Assembly (NCBI RefSeq): GCF_001194135.2
Contig: NC_068983.1
Coordinates: forward strand, 15,855,560-15,917,250
DNA length: 61,691 nucleotides
Source of the DNA: Octopus bimaculoides
Taxonomy: Eukaryota
Direction: 5' to 3'
A program made the translations under genes and the position numbers. The notes under the pieces were generated by a model. It did not search any database and was not told the DNA's origin. It saw only the letters and a list, made by a program, of their open reading frames with translations. Shown piece after piece: positions 41,786-54,598 of this stretch (within the stretch, counting starts at the first letter, position 1; the number at the start of each line of letters is the position of its first letter).

Positions 41786-41833
<48 letters not shown>

Positions 41834-41834
41834 T

Positions 41835-42240
41835 TAAGTAGTTTTATTTTTATAACGTGCTTTCACTTCACTACCGAGCGCAGCTCTGTGCGCCTTGGGT
41901 ATGTGTTGTGGTTTGCTGTGGTGCTCTTATGTTTACTGTATTGAAAGTGTTTTGCGTAGAATGTGTGCAGTACCCAGTAGTGCAATTTTCTGTATGTTAT
42001 ATATATTTGTAAGTCCTGGTGTTTTTGTTATGTATTTGTCTGAATATTTTTTTTTATTATACCTAAAGCACCTACTATNNNNNNNNNNNNNNNNNNNNNN
42101 NNNNNNNNNNNNNNNNNNNNNNNNNNNNNNNNNNNNNNNNNNNNNNNNNNNNNNNNNNTATCTGTGTGTATTGGCATATCCCAGAGTATGGTTGCTTTCT
42201 CATTTTCTGTGACCTTTTCTGGCGTGTGTTTATACCATCT
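41835..42240 (-). mobile_element. 5'-truncated R4/Dong-like LINE 3' end
   Basis: Minus strand: GINTRQ/HTPEKVTENEKATILWDMPIHT, then ITKTPGLTNIYNIQKIALLGTAHILRKTLSIQ* and a short 3' UTR; set in AAT/ATT repeats; internal gap. Confidence 0.85.
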
Positions 42241-42292
42241 TTTTTTTTTTTGTTGTTATTATTACTATTATTATTATTATTATTATTATTAC

Positions 42293-42331
<39 letters not shown>

Positions 42332-42337
42332 TATTAA

Positions 42338-42523
42338 GGCGGCGAGCTGGCATAATCGTCAGCACGCCGAGCGAAATGCTTATCGGTATTTCGTCTGTCT
42401 TTACGTTCTGAGTACAAATTCCGCTGAGGTCGACCTTGCCTTTCATCTTTTCGGGGTCGGTCGATCTAATCGACTGGCCCTTCCCACCAAATTTTAGGCA
42501 TTCTGCCTATAGTAGAAAGGATT
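42338..42523 (+). mobile_element. SINE family I
   Basis: GGCGGCGAGCTGGCATAATCG...TGCCTATAGTAGAAAGGATT; (ATT)n upstream. Confidence 0.88.
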
Positions 42524-42526
42524 CTT

Positions 42527-42557
<31 letters not shown>

Positions 42558-42588
42558 TTATTATTATTATTATATCATCATCACCACC

Positions 42589-42653
<65 letters not shown>

Positions 42654-42682
42654 TATTATTATTATTATTATTATTGTTATTG

Positions 42683-43200
42683 GATGAAAGCTCTCAGCTT
42701 ATTTTGCTGGGTATGATGGAAAGTGTCCCCTGTCCACAGCCAACCGACGAAGGTGATACTTGTTTACTGGTCATGCTTCAAGAAACCCTGCGAAGAATTC
42801 TTGCAATTCCAAGCATTGCTGACTTTTACATCTGAACTAGTCTTTTAAAGCCATGTTGGTAGTTGAGTGCTGATACTTCCAAGTGTGCTAATTATTATTA
42901 TTGTTATTATGTCTACTCTCCTCATTGACTCCAACCTTCATATTTCCCACTTCAAATCGTCGAAGGTGTTCAGTTTTTCTTCTTCTTTCTCTTCGATCCT
43001 GTTGTTACCGTGACATGCATTATCGATTATCATGCAAGTTCTTTCTTTTTCATTCACTACAACAATGTCCGGTTTTCGATGTCTGATGCGGTGATCGCAC
43101 TGAATCATTGCATCCCACAGGATTTTGCAATCTTCATTCTCCGTGACTCCTACTACTATTTTAGGGTTGTGGATTAAGAGAAACGTTAAAATCATTGGTA
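42683..43200 (-). mobile_element. R4/Dong-like LINE 3' fragment with RLE domain
   Basis: ENEDCKILWDAMIQCDHRIRHRKPDIVVVNEKERTCMIID (PD..D nuclease motif); 3' end runs into (AAT)n on the minus strand. Confidence 0.88.
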
Positions 43201-43364
43201 TCTAGTTACGGCTGTTTGCATTTCTGCTTGCAAATCCAGCCGAGATCAACTTAGTTTTTCACATCCCCGCAGCCTGTGAAACAAAATACTAGTTAAGTAG
43301 TGACGTTGATATATTTGACTTAAACCCTTCCTTTGGGACTGGTGGTCCTGTACCTAAATTATAA

Positions 43365-43570
43365 ATTATTTAGTGAGGGATAGATTGTCAGAATTGTTAG
43401 AGAGTCAGAATAAATATTTCGCGGTATTTGTTCTTGCTATTTACACTGTGAATTCAAATTTCGCTGAGGTCAGCTTGCTTTTCATTTCTCCGGGGTTCAT
43501 AAAATGAAATACCAGTCAAGTACCAAGGTCGATGTTACTGGTTATTCTCCTTCTCGCAAAACTGCTGCCT
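43365..43570 (+). mobile_element. Old, diverged SINE family I copy
   Basis: GTCAGAATTGTTAG...GAATTCAAATTTCGCTGAGGTC...TACCAGTCAAGTACC. Confidence 0.6.
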
Positions 43571-43724
43571 AAACCTTGAGCTTAAACCAGAAACAAAAGT
43601 GGCGAAATAGCGGAATCGTTAGAATGTCAAATGAAATGCCATTTGACAGGTGGTGAGTTTATTATTTGTGACGATTGACCCAAAGTTTTTACTAGACTAT
43701 TACTGTAATTTACCGACTCAGAAG

Positions 43725-45655
43725 AATGAATGGTAAGTGCGACTTTATTTTTAGGCTTGGTAAACTACTATCAAGTATATATCCTGAACATACACAACAC
43801 AATGGCTCCACTAAACGAGCTGTCAAAAAAGGATGCCAAATGGTCTTGGTCAGAAAAATACCAGAATGTATTTGAGGAACTAAAAAGCATGTTAACTTCA
43901 GACTTGTCGCTTACACACTACGATCCGAAGTTGAAAACAATACTGGCAACAGATGCTAATGAATACGGGGTAGGTGCCTACACAAATGTGAAGATGGCAG
44001 CCGAAAGGTCATAGCGGGAAAAAATTATAGCCAAATTGAAAAAGAAACATAGGCAATTAATTATATTTGGCATAAAAAAGTTCCACAGGTTTATACATGG
44101 TAGACAGTTTAGACTATAAACAGACCATCGCCCGTTGCTGACGATTTATGGATCCAAGAAAGGAATCACAATACATACAGCAAACAGGTTGCAGCGATGG
44201 GGCACCATACGGATCTTTGGGGTTTGACGGGCAACATTTTTTTTTGTAGTGTTTTTAGTACCGAAACACTTTCAAACTTCGAATATTTGTATATTTTGTG
44301 GTATAGAACAGATAAAAAATTTTGTATTCGAAGTTATTTTATGTAAAAAATTGTCGTATTTCGGTAATTTCAACCAATCACTGACGTCTATTAAGGTGAA
44401 AACAATTAATGCCGTAACGGTGTCATGGGATCTTTTCCCTTGAATAAAATTAGTCCCGTTGTTTGTCAACAACAACTACCCGTGTTACTCTTATTTATGA
44501 CATCGTTCGTGCGTTTGTACTGGTTTTAGCTTTAGGGTTTTAGGGTTNNNNNNNNNNNNNNNNNNNNNNNNNNNNNNNNNNNNNNNNNNNNNNNNNNNNN
44601 NNNNNNNNNNNNNNNNNNNNNNNNNNNNNNNNNNNNNNNNNNNNNNNNNNNNNNNNNNNNNNNNNNNNNNNNNNNNNNNNNNNNNNNNNNNNNNNNNNNN
44701 NNNNNNNNNNNNNNNNNNNNNNNNNCCTAACCCTAAAACCCGAACCCTAACCCTAAAACCCGAACCTTAACCCTAAAACCCTAAACCCTTACTAGGGAAT
44801 AATGATATAATTAAACAGGGAATAACACACTTGACACCGAACAGCAGTAACTGTATTCAGCTGAATAGACGTCAGTGATTGGTTGAAATTACAGAAATAC
44901 GACAACTTTAACATGAAATAACTTGCGATGTACAATTTTTTGTTAAGAAGGTTAATAGAAGAAGTTGTTTTATATGACACATTCTACCAGTGTCCCAAGT
45001 TTGAAAGTGTTTCGTTAAGAAAACAAATGTTGCCCGTCAAACCCCAAAGATCCCACCATACTACTAAACTACTACGACTACGCAATGGAGTATTTACCTT
45101 CGAAAAAGCTAGGACATGCTGACGGCTTATCCAGGTTAATACCCAGAAATGGCGAACCTTTCGAGGACAGAGTAATAGCAGCCCTAAGAGCCGAAGGGGA
45201 TATTAAACACTTATGTGAGGAACAATGTACGAGAGTTACCAATAACTCTGGAGGAGATAAAGCGACACGCATCAAAAGATAAGTTCATTAATGAAACAAA
45301 AGACCTTATAGTCAGTAAAAAAAAAAGAAAGATTCAGTAAGAAAAAACAGCAACAGGTAAACATATATTCAACATGCGACGGCGTACTAATGTATGGCCA
45401 AAGGGTAGGGATACCTGAGACTTTACAAAAAGAATGTTGAAAGAATTCCATATTGGACATCCTGGGATCGCAAGGTTGAAAGCGCTTATGCGCAGTTATT
45501 TGTATTGGTCGAAGATGGACAAGGAAGTTGAAAACGTAGTAAAAGGCTGCAGAAGATATGCTCTAGCAGCGAAATTGCCGACTCTAAAATGGGAGCCTTG
45601 GCCAGAAGTAAGCAGTCCATGGTCAAGACTATATATCGATTTTGCGGGTCACTGA
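43725..45655 (+). mobile_element. Gypsy/Ty3 LTR-retrotransposon pol remnant (RT connection, RNase H, integrase zinc finger)
   Basis: FLGLVNYY..TDANEYGVGA; NYSQIEKE; TDHRPLLTIYGSKKG; RLQRWGTI|LLNY; HADGLSRL; FHIGHPGIARLKALMRSYLYW; PWSRLYIDFAG; split by the MITE at 44211. Confidence 0.93.
44211..45053. mobile_element. Merlin-like non-autonomous element with central TTAGGG/CCCTAA-like arrays
   Basis: Perfect 29-bp TIR GGATCTTTGGGGTTTGACGGGCAACATTT; perfect 8-bp TSD CACCATAC (44203-44210, 45054-45061); TTTAGGGTTTTAGGGTT-gap-CCTAACCCTAAAACC. Confidence 0.85.
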
Positions 45656-46100
45656 TCTCATAAGTAAAACAGTTTTAAATCTCTGAATGAGATCTAAATA
45701 GTAACTATACTGCATAGTAAAATCTATTTGCAAACATAAGGTGGTAGCCCCACGTAGGACCATATTACTCCCTTTTAACTTCATTACGAGATCAGTGACT
45801 GTCTGTCTCTTATATATTTATATACTGTGAGTAGGGTCGAGGAAGCAGCTGCCTCTAGCCGGCAGTTGTCCAGCACCGAGGACGGGAAATTACTCAGAAA
45901 TCATTGGTCTGTTAGTACCGTTAGTGGGTAGGAGGGAGTAGTATGCTCCCTTGCTCACAGTATATTTCAGACACAGATTGTGTACCGATAATCAGCTGGA
46001 AAAGATGTTTTCCTGGGGTTAAAAGGTAGTAAAATAGTCCTACACAAGACTGCCAGCTTCCGTTGACAAATGTATTTTACCATGTGTGTGTGTATATATA

Positions 46101-46141
<41 letters not shown>

Positions 46142-46386
46142 ACGTATATATGTATACATGCATGCATGTATGTATGCATATCTTACATCGTATTGTATAT
46201 CCGAGATTTTTGAATTTCCGCTCCAGTTTTTTCACAGACGCTATTCTAGCTCTAACTAAATTAATTCATTTTAATGCTTTATTGAGTTCTTTGTGATTAA
46301 TAACTCGTTTTTGGATGAGTTACGGTGTGGCATGTGAACGGCAACTGACTGAAACAAATAAAAGAATGAAAGAATACACACAAATG

Positions 46387-46430
<44 letters not shown>

Positions 46431-47035
46431 NNNNNNNNNNNNNNNNNNNNNNNNNNNNNNNNNNNNNNNNNNNNNNNNNNNNNNNNNNNNNNNNNNNNNN
46501 NNNNNNNNNNNNNNNNNNNNNNNNNNNNNNNNNNNNNNNNNNNNNNNNNNNNNNNNNNNNNNNNNNNNNNNNNNNNNNNNNNNNNNNNNNNNNNNNNNNN
46601 NNNNNNNNNNNNNNNNNNNNNNNNNNNNNNNNNNNNNNNNNNNNNNNNNNNNNNNNNNNNNNNNNNNNNNNNNNNNNNNNNNNNNNNNNNNNNNNNNNNN
46701 NNNNNNNNNNNNNNNNNNNNNNNNNNNNNNNNNNNNNNNNNNNNNNNNNNNNNNNNNNNNNNNNNNNNNNNNNNNNNNNNNNNNNNNNNNNNNNNNNNNN
46801 NNNNNNNNNNNNNNNNNNNNNNNNNNNNNNNNNNNNNNNNNNNNNNNNNNNNNNNNNNNNNNNNNNNNNNNNNNNNNNNNNNNNNNNNNNNNNNNNNNNN
46901 NNNNNNNNNNNNNNNNNNNNNNNNNNNNNNNNNNNNNNNNNNNNNNNNNNNNNNNNNNNNNNNNNNNNNNNNNNNNNNNNNNNNNNNNNNNNNNNNNNNN
47001 NNNNNNNNNNNNNNNNNNNNNNNNNNNNNNNNNNA

Positions 47036-49144
47036 TATATATATATATATATAAAAGAGAGTTTGTATGTATATGTTCCTTATGCATTTAAAACATCAGT
47101 TGCCGATTTTCACGTATGGGAAATCAAAAGGTTCAGTAGGCTTTTGGTGACCAACTAAACTATATTTTCATTCACATATTTGCGTTACAAAAATTTAACA
47201 TTGTCATTTTTCTTTTAGTCACCTATCGTAAACGACATTTTATATGACCACCATAACGACGATGACGTCACATTTTCTATATAAGTGTGTTCGCGCGTTT
47301 GTTCCCTACATTAGGCTGATGACAGTGTATGTGTCTGCCAGTATACACACACAGGGACAGAGAGAGGCTTCAGGTGTGCGTTAATGCATGTGTGTGTGTG
47401 TCTTAGTTTATGTATGTAACTTTCTCTCGCCCAACAGTGGAACGTGCCGATATTGAAAGTTTAGTTGCAGCCTGGACTTTAAACGAACTATAGTGTTCAC
47501 TTTGAAGTACTACCAACATGAAAATTTGGCTGCTTTAACTCCACTCACAGTACTCGCAAATATATCTGAAATAAATGTTATTCTGGTTATTATAACAAAT
47601 TCGGAAACTTGGCGAAGTAGAAAGCCTCTGTATAAAAGAAATGCTATTCCACTCCTTCTAACCAGTTTCAAGATAATTTTTAACAGTTCTAAGCTTCTTC
47701 ACCACTGTGAGTATCAACATCGCACAACCTTTTTACTGCGTTAGTTAGTATTTATTTTACAGCCTATAATGTTACACCGTTAAAAATATGTAGTAATGTC
47801 AAATTAATATATATCTTGCTACATACATCCTTCAGCAAATATTTTGAATTAACGTTCACAACAACAGCATCTTCCTTTCTACACACTTGGTTCAGCGTTC
47901 GTTTCAAAATTGTAAAATAAATTATTTTTGTATGAAAAATTGATTCATGCCTTCTGAATTTTCTTGGACTTACACTTTCTTCACCGTGATATTCAATCGT
48001 GTATTTTACAACATTTAGTACATGTTCCAAATAAATGTTGACTTTCTGTATTTTGTTACATTGGTGACACATAGTAACTTTTGCTAAATTGGTGACTTAC
48101 TATTTTTTTATAGCATAACTATGCTACAGAAAGTATGTTTTGCACCTATATTGACTACATTTCGTTTCGCATGAACTTCGTATCTGTACATTTTGTTGTT
48201 TTCAATATTATCAATTCTATGAGTGTGTGTCTCTGCGCTCCTTACGTCTATAGTAAACTATAGTAAAGAACGTTTTATGCTGTTTTAATGAGTCCACATC
48301 TAATGAGGTAGCCATCCTTATGGCTGGTGGTCCCCATGAAAATCATGATATTCTCATCCATATTCAAGATAACCTTGAACGTGTTTTACAGACTCACCCC
48401 TCTTATGCTCCCCAGTATACTCTTATTCTGTGGAATAGACAAGATGGGTATCATTTCAATATTCCACGGATTGAACCTGCAACAGGACAGCCATTTACAA
48501 ACAAAAAGGTGTCGTCAAATGACTTCTATTCTTACCAACTGATGTGAAGACCAGAACAATGAAATGAATTACACATGTTAAATAAACTTTATTTTCATTT
48601 ACATATTTTCTACGTTATTTCAACAACCAGCTATAATTATTTCAAATACACTTCTCTACAACGACCAGGATTCATTAGAAAATGAAAATAGTTTCAATTT
48701 GAACCAAAATTACAAAGTGTTGCATTACGAGAGTGACGATGTGTGAATAATGAAAGTAATGTTTCTCCGAATTAGTCACGTCTGTATTATATTAAAGAAA
48801 GCTGCTTATTATCTATTTACCAAATAAGCTGTTTTTGACTCAACAACTCTTCTTTACAACTAAGTGCAAATTAAGAAATTGCGATGGGGATAGGGGGAAA
48901 TTAAAATATTGAAAAAGTGATTTCTGGAGAAAATCGTATTAACCTCCTTTTATACGATGAAACAATACATAGTTTCTGATCCTTCTTAAGAACAGAAAAC
49001 ACTTTCATGCAAATTGTTCCCTCGCCCTTCACTATTAAACAATCAATAACTTCCATTATTCCATTAACTATATATCAGCTGGAGCAAATAATACGAAGTG
49101 CTTGTAGGTCATAACACCCGGGCAACGCCGAGATGCGTTGCAAG
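47036..49144 (+). mobile_element. Non-autonomous Helitron remnant
   Basis: 48300-48570 encodes EVAILMAGGPHENHDIL..GYHFNIPRIEPATG..KKVSSNDFYSYQLM, like the region upstream of the Helitron Rep core; 3' hairpin CCCGGGCAACGCCGAG then CAAG|T (CTAG variant); 5' boundary uncertain (at a gap). Confidence 0.72.
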
Positions 49145-49162
49145 TATGTATATATATATTTA

Positions 49163-49655
49163 GCTGAAGGATTAAAATTTATCAAAGGACATGCTAAGTA
49201 TGTCTACTTGCTGGAAATAACAGTCAGAACTCTTATTTAAATCACCAAAATACACTGATAATAACTACAGAAATCAACCGTCCGAAAACAAACGGGCTAA
49301 GACAATCTCCCAACGTACATTCAAGTATTCGGACTCACGTAGACCGGTTTCTGCTCTGGCATAATAGCCTCAGCTTCCTCAGCACGCATTACCATAATAA
49401 AGACTCCCAACCCATCGTGTTGAAGTCAGCGCTGCAACTGATTCGTTTTGCGCCGAAATCATGGTAGCCACCAATGTGAAAATAATTTCAATACGGAACA
49501 AATAATTCACGAGAAAAATGTAATTTGCAAAAAAAAATTTGCGAAGATACTATTGACTCTGTTATTATCTAGTATAACAATTTAAGAGTTTTGACTGTTA
49601 TTTCCAGCAATTAGACATACTTAGTATGTCCTTGGATTAATTTTAATCCTTCAGC
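49163..49655. mobile_element. TA-flanked MITE with ~75-bp TIRs
   Basis: (TA)GCTGAAGGATTAAAATT...AACTCTTA (49161-49236) inverted at 49583-49657, about 5 mismatches. Confidence 0.8.
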
Positions 49656-50688
49656 TATTTAATAGTTCTTTTGGGCCTGCAATCGCCTAAATTATTGATT
49701 CTGTTATTATCATTTTTAAATTGCTACACAAGATAATAACAGAGTCAATGGTATCTTCGCAAATTATTTTTCGTGAATTATTTGCTCCGTGTTGAAAAAA
49801 CTGTGTGCATATATATGGTTTTCTGTTAAATATATACTCAATATATATTAAATATATATCATTACTCTTTATTTTCTGAAAATAAATGTCTAAATGGGTT
49901 ATTTTCATTCAAAACCTATTAGCGTGGTTTACCGAAAAACTGAAAAATCTGAAATAAAAAAGAAAGGACGTTACACAGAATAATGAAGACATAACAATGG
50001 TGTTGCCATATTGTGCAAACCAGCCGGGAAAAGTTTTATCAAAATCGATTTGCAGAAAACTGAGAAATCCTAAATTGTTCATAAAAGTACCAAATAATGC
50101 AAAAACAAGAAATACACAATATAGTGTAAGAAACAGTTGCAAAACTTACATAAAAATTTATAGTAGACTGGTGCTTGACTGTAGAGCTTCGATGTCGCTG
50201 ATTAGCTGACGTCTTCCATAGACAGGTTAATTTGTAAGAAATTAAACTCATTAGATTTCAGCTGGACTATTTNNNNNNNNNNNNNNNNNNNNNNNNNNNN
50301 NNNNNNNNNNNNNNNNNNNNNNNNNNNNNNNNNNNNNNNNNNNNNNNNNNNNNNNNNNNNNNNNNNNNNNNNNNNNNNNNNNNNNNNNNNNNNNNNNNNN
50401 NNNNNNNNNNNNNNNNNNNNNNNNNNNNNNNNNNNNNNNNNNNNNNNNNNNNNNNNNNNNNNNNNNNNNNNNNNNNNNNNNNNNNNNNNNNNNNNNNNNN
50501 NNNNNNNNNNNNNNNNNNNNNNNNNNNNNNNNNNNNNNNNNNNNNNNNNNNNNNNNNNNNNNNNNNNNNNNNNNNNNNNNNNNNNNNNNNNNNNNNNNNN
50601 NNNNNNNNNNNNNNNNNNNNNNNNNNNNNNNNNNNNNNNNNNNNNNNNNNNNNNNNNNNNNNNNNNCATTATTGTATAGTAATGCCCT

Positions 50689-50737
<49 letters not shown>

Positions 50738-50830
50738 ACACAGTCACACACGTACTCCACACACTCACACATGCATATGTTTATGTACTGTTTTATTAAT
50801 GCTGAATGAAACTTCACAAATTGTTACTCA

Positions 50831-50914
50831 GAGTTCCACGTGACCGTTATCAGATACCTGTGATAATACAGTCTATATCATCACAGCTGTCTGATGAACG
50901 ATCACGTGAAACTT
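50831..50914. other. Imperfect 35-bp-stem hairpin with 15-nt loop
   Basis: GAGTTCCACGTGACCGTTATCAGATACCTGTGAT pairs with ATCACAGCTGTCTGATGAACGATCACGTGAAACTT (3 mismatches, 1 bulge, 2 G-U pairs). Confidence 0.8.
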
Positions 50915-52289
50915 TGGGTAATAGTTTGTGAAGTTTTTTTTCGATTTAAGTAAAGTATTTATGTTACTCTGCTTTTGGTATTCGAGTACTATTTGTCCAC
51001 TTCTTTTGCACCTATGTGCTTACTCGTAGGTATGTGAATGTAGGTACACACACATGTATATATATATGTATACATATTATATATATATCTAAATATATAT
51101 ATGATGCATATATATATATAGTAAAGTTTCTTTGTTGATTGTATGGGTACTACTCAGAAGTGCTCAGATAAAAAACCCGAGACGCCAAAGTGTAAGAAAA
51201 TGTTAAGGAGATTTTCAGATAGGTTCAATAATTTATTTATATATATATTTTGCCATAGATCAATGCATATCAGTCTTTAAAATATACCAATGTATTAGTC
51301 GTTAAAATATTAAAACATTAAAAATTCATGAATACACAAATATATTTAAAAAATTCAATATACATATATAAATAGATGGGTGTAAATAGGTTAGAACGGC
51401 GTTGTAAAAATTATTAAGAGTGAAAGTATGTCCTAGCAAAAAGATGAATAAAGTAAAGTCTTCCGAAGAGCGAATAAAAAAAAACAACACCGTAGCGTTG
51501 AGGTTGGAATATTTAAAAAAAGGCATATTTTTATTCTTGATAATTTTTACAAAGCTGTTCTAACCTATTTACACTCATCTATTTATATATATNNNNNNNN
51601 NNNNNNNNNNNNNNNNNNNNNNNNNNNNNNNNNNNNNNNNNNNNNNNNNNNNNNNNNNNNNNNNNNNNNNNNNNNNNNNNNNNNNNNNNNNNNNNNNNNN
51701 NNNNNNNNNNNNNNNNNNNNNNNNNNNNNNNNNNNNNNNNNNNNNNNNNNNNNNNNNNNNNNNNNNNNNNNNNNNNNNNNNNNNNNNNNNNNNNNNNNNN
51801 NNNNNNNNNNNNNNNNNNNNNNNNNNNNNNNNNNNNNNNNNNNNNNNNNNNNNNNNNNNNNNNNNNNNNNNNNNNNNNNNNNNNNNNNNNNNNNNNNNNN
51901 NNNNNNNNNNNNNNNNNNNNNNNNNNNNNNNNNNNNNNNNNNNNNNNNNNNNNNNNNNNNNNNNNNNNNNNNNNNNNNNNNNNNNNNNNNNNNNNNNNNN
52001 NNNNNNNNNNNNNNNNNNNNNNNNNNNNNNNNNNNNNNNNNNNNNNNNNNNNNNNNNNNNNNNNNNNNNNNNNNNNNNNNNNNNNNNNNNNNNNNNNNNN
52101 NNNNNNNNNNCATACCTTCCCTTGGTGGATTCGGATCCAGTTAGCTGAAGACATCATCAGGAGGAACCACGTCCGGTTTCGGCCCCTACCTATCTGAAAA
52201 TCTACTTTACATTTTTAATACCATTTACCATATATATTTTCCATATATATTTACCATATATATTTACCATATATATATATATAAATGCG

Positions 52290-52533
52290 CCCTTTTAAAG
52301 CCTAGCCAAGCTCATGGGCCCGGTTTCTCGGTTTCAATGGCGTATGTGTTTCCCAGCTGGACAGGACGCCAGTCCATCGCAGCCTTACTCATTTTGGCCA
52401 CCTGAGTGGACTGAGCCAACGCGAAATGAAGTGTTTTGCTCAAGAACACAACGCGTCGCCCGGTCCAGGAATCGAAACCACAATCTTACGATCATGATAC
52501 TGATACCCTGACCACTAAGCCACGTGCCTCCAC
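52290..52533 (-). mobile_element. SINE family II variant (head B + tail X)
   Basis: Minus strand: GTGGAGGCACGTGGCTTAGTGG head, TTGAGCAAAACAC CORE-like block, tail GCGATGGACTGGCGTCC...AGAAACCGG. Confidence 0.88.
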
Positions 52534-52548
52534 ACACACATACACACA

Positions 52549-52608
<60 letters not shown>

Positions 52609-53029
52609 CACACATATATATATACACACACATTTATGTATGTATGTATAAATGTGTGTGCGCGCGCGTGTGTGCGTGTGTGTGTGTGAGTAAACGCAAT
52701 GAGGAGTGACAAGACAGTCATTATAGGCTTTCCCAGTCTGGTAAGAAAGTGATGTAGATATTTAGCTTCAAATTTTCCTTATACATGTATGTAGGTGGAT
52801 GACATATATGCATGCATACCCACTAAACTACCTACCTATCTACCGACTCACTTACATCAATCCAACCGTACATACATACATACATACATACATGCATACA
52901 TACATACATACATACATACGTAAGCAGATTGAAAGCAAGACATTGTGATAAATAGCCTGACACACAAATACTAACAAGTATATAGATAGACAGACAGACA
53001 GACATGTGTGCGCGCGCGCGCACGCACAC

Positions 53030-53069
<40 letters not shown>

Positions 53070-53210
53070 CAGACAGACAGAGCAGACAGACAGGCAGACA
53101 GACAGAGCAGACAGACAGGCAGACAGACAGAGCAGACAGACAGGCAGACAGCCTGCCTGCCACCCACCAAGACAGATAGACAGACATGCAGACAGATAGA
53201 TAGCTAGATT

Positions 53211-53260
<50 letters not shown>

Positions 53261-53422
53261 CATACATACAAGCATACATGCATGCAAGCATACATACATT
53301 CATACATACATAATACATACATACAGACAGACAGACAGACAGACAGACAGATAGACAGCCAGCCAGACAGACAGACAGATAGACAGACAGAAAGTGAGGT
53401 AGGCAAGCAGAGACACCGATAG

Positions 53423-53491
<69 letters not shown>

Positions 53492-54540
53492 TACATAGTG
53501 ATAGCCAACAAGCTAAATACAGTGGATGCCATATTCTGTTAGGGAGCGATTTATTCTGAGTAATTAGACTCAGTTGGTTGTGTTTACGACATTTCAGTTG
53601 CACCTCAGTAATGGGCAATTGACAGGTAAATTCCACCCGGAGTTGAACTCGCTCCTTTGCAAGTAGGGGGAAAAGCAAGCTGATGAAGGTAGTAGACTTG
53701 ATCTGCAGATGCATAACAGCATACAAAACAAAATAAAAAAAGTTAAAAACCAGCAAGGAAGGAAGAAAAAAGTGGCTTATTTTAGTCAGAGGTCGGATTA
53801 CTTTAGCAGGAGTCTCTAATTCCGCAGTTTAAGCAGCATTGATTGACAGCACAGAAATAACTGTAGAGCATATAAATAAATGAATGCAATATCCCACAGC
53901 GCTGCCGCAAAACCCAACTCCATTATTGTAGGAGTAGGAAGATAATTACATGAGCTTCTGTCACAATCAGCGGGAAAACGGCCATCTTATTGACACCGAT
54001 ACCATCAAATACGGCCTAAACAAAATTGGAAAAAATAATAAGGAAAAATAAAGCCAACAGAAAAATAAACAACAAAGTAGAATAAGAAACAAAAGTACAA
54101 AGAAAAATAACAACTGAGAGAAAATAGCATAAAAGTAATAAAAATAACAATATACAGAAAGGAAAACAAGTTATTGTAGACTTCACACTTGGTTGCAGAC
54201 GGTAGCCCCTTCTGCCCAACGAATGACAATAGGTGTCGATAATTTGGGGTTACATTATCCTAATTGGTGGTTTGATGAAGTTGCCTTGTAAGAAAAACTC
54301 GCCCGTTAAACGTTTCCAACTGTGTGTTTATGCATTGGGCTTCAATGGCTGCTGTTATCGGCTGCTGTCACAGTGTCGGCTGCTGCCGCAGTGTCGGCTG
54401 CTAACGTTCGATATTTGTTTATTACTGCCTAAACGTCACACACTTCTTTACATGTCCTACAGAAGCTTCTGAGATCATTGCTAAAGTAATTAAATAATTA
54501 TCTAAAAGGGTGACGTCGAGGACGACAGCGACAGTGATAA

Positions 54541-54598
<58 letters not shown>

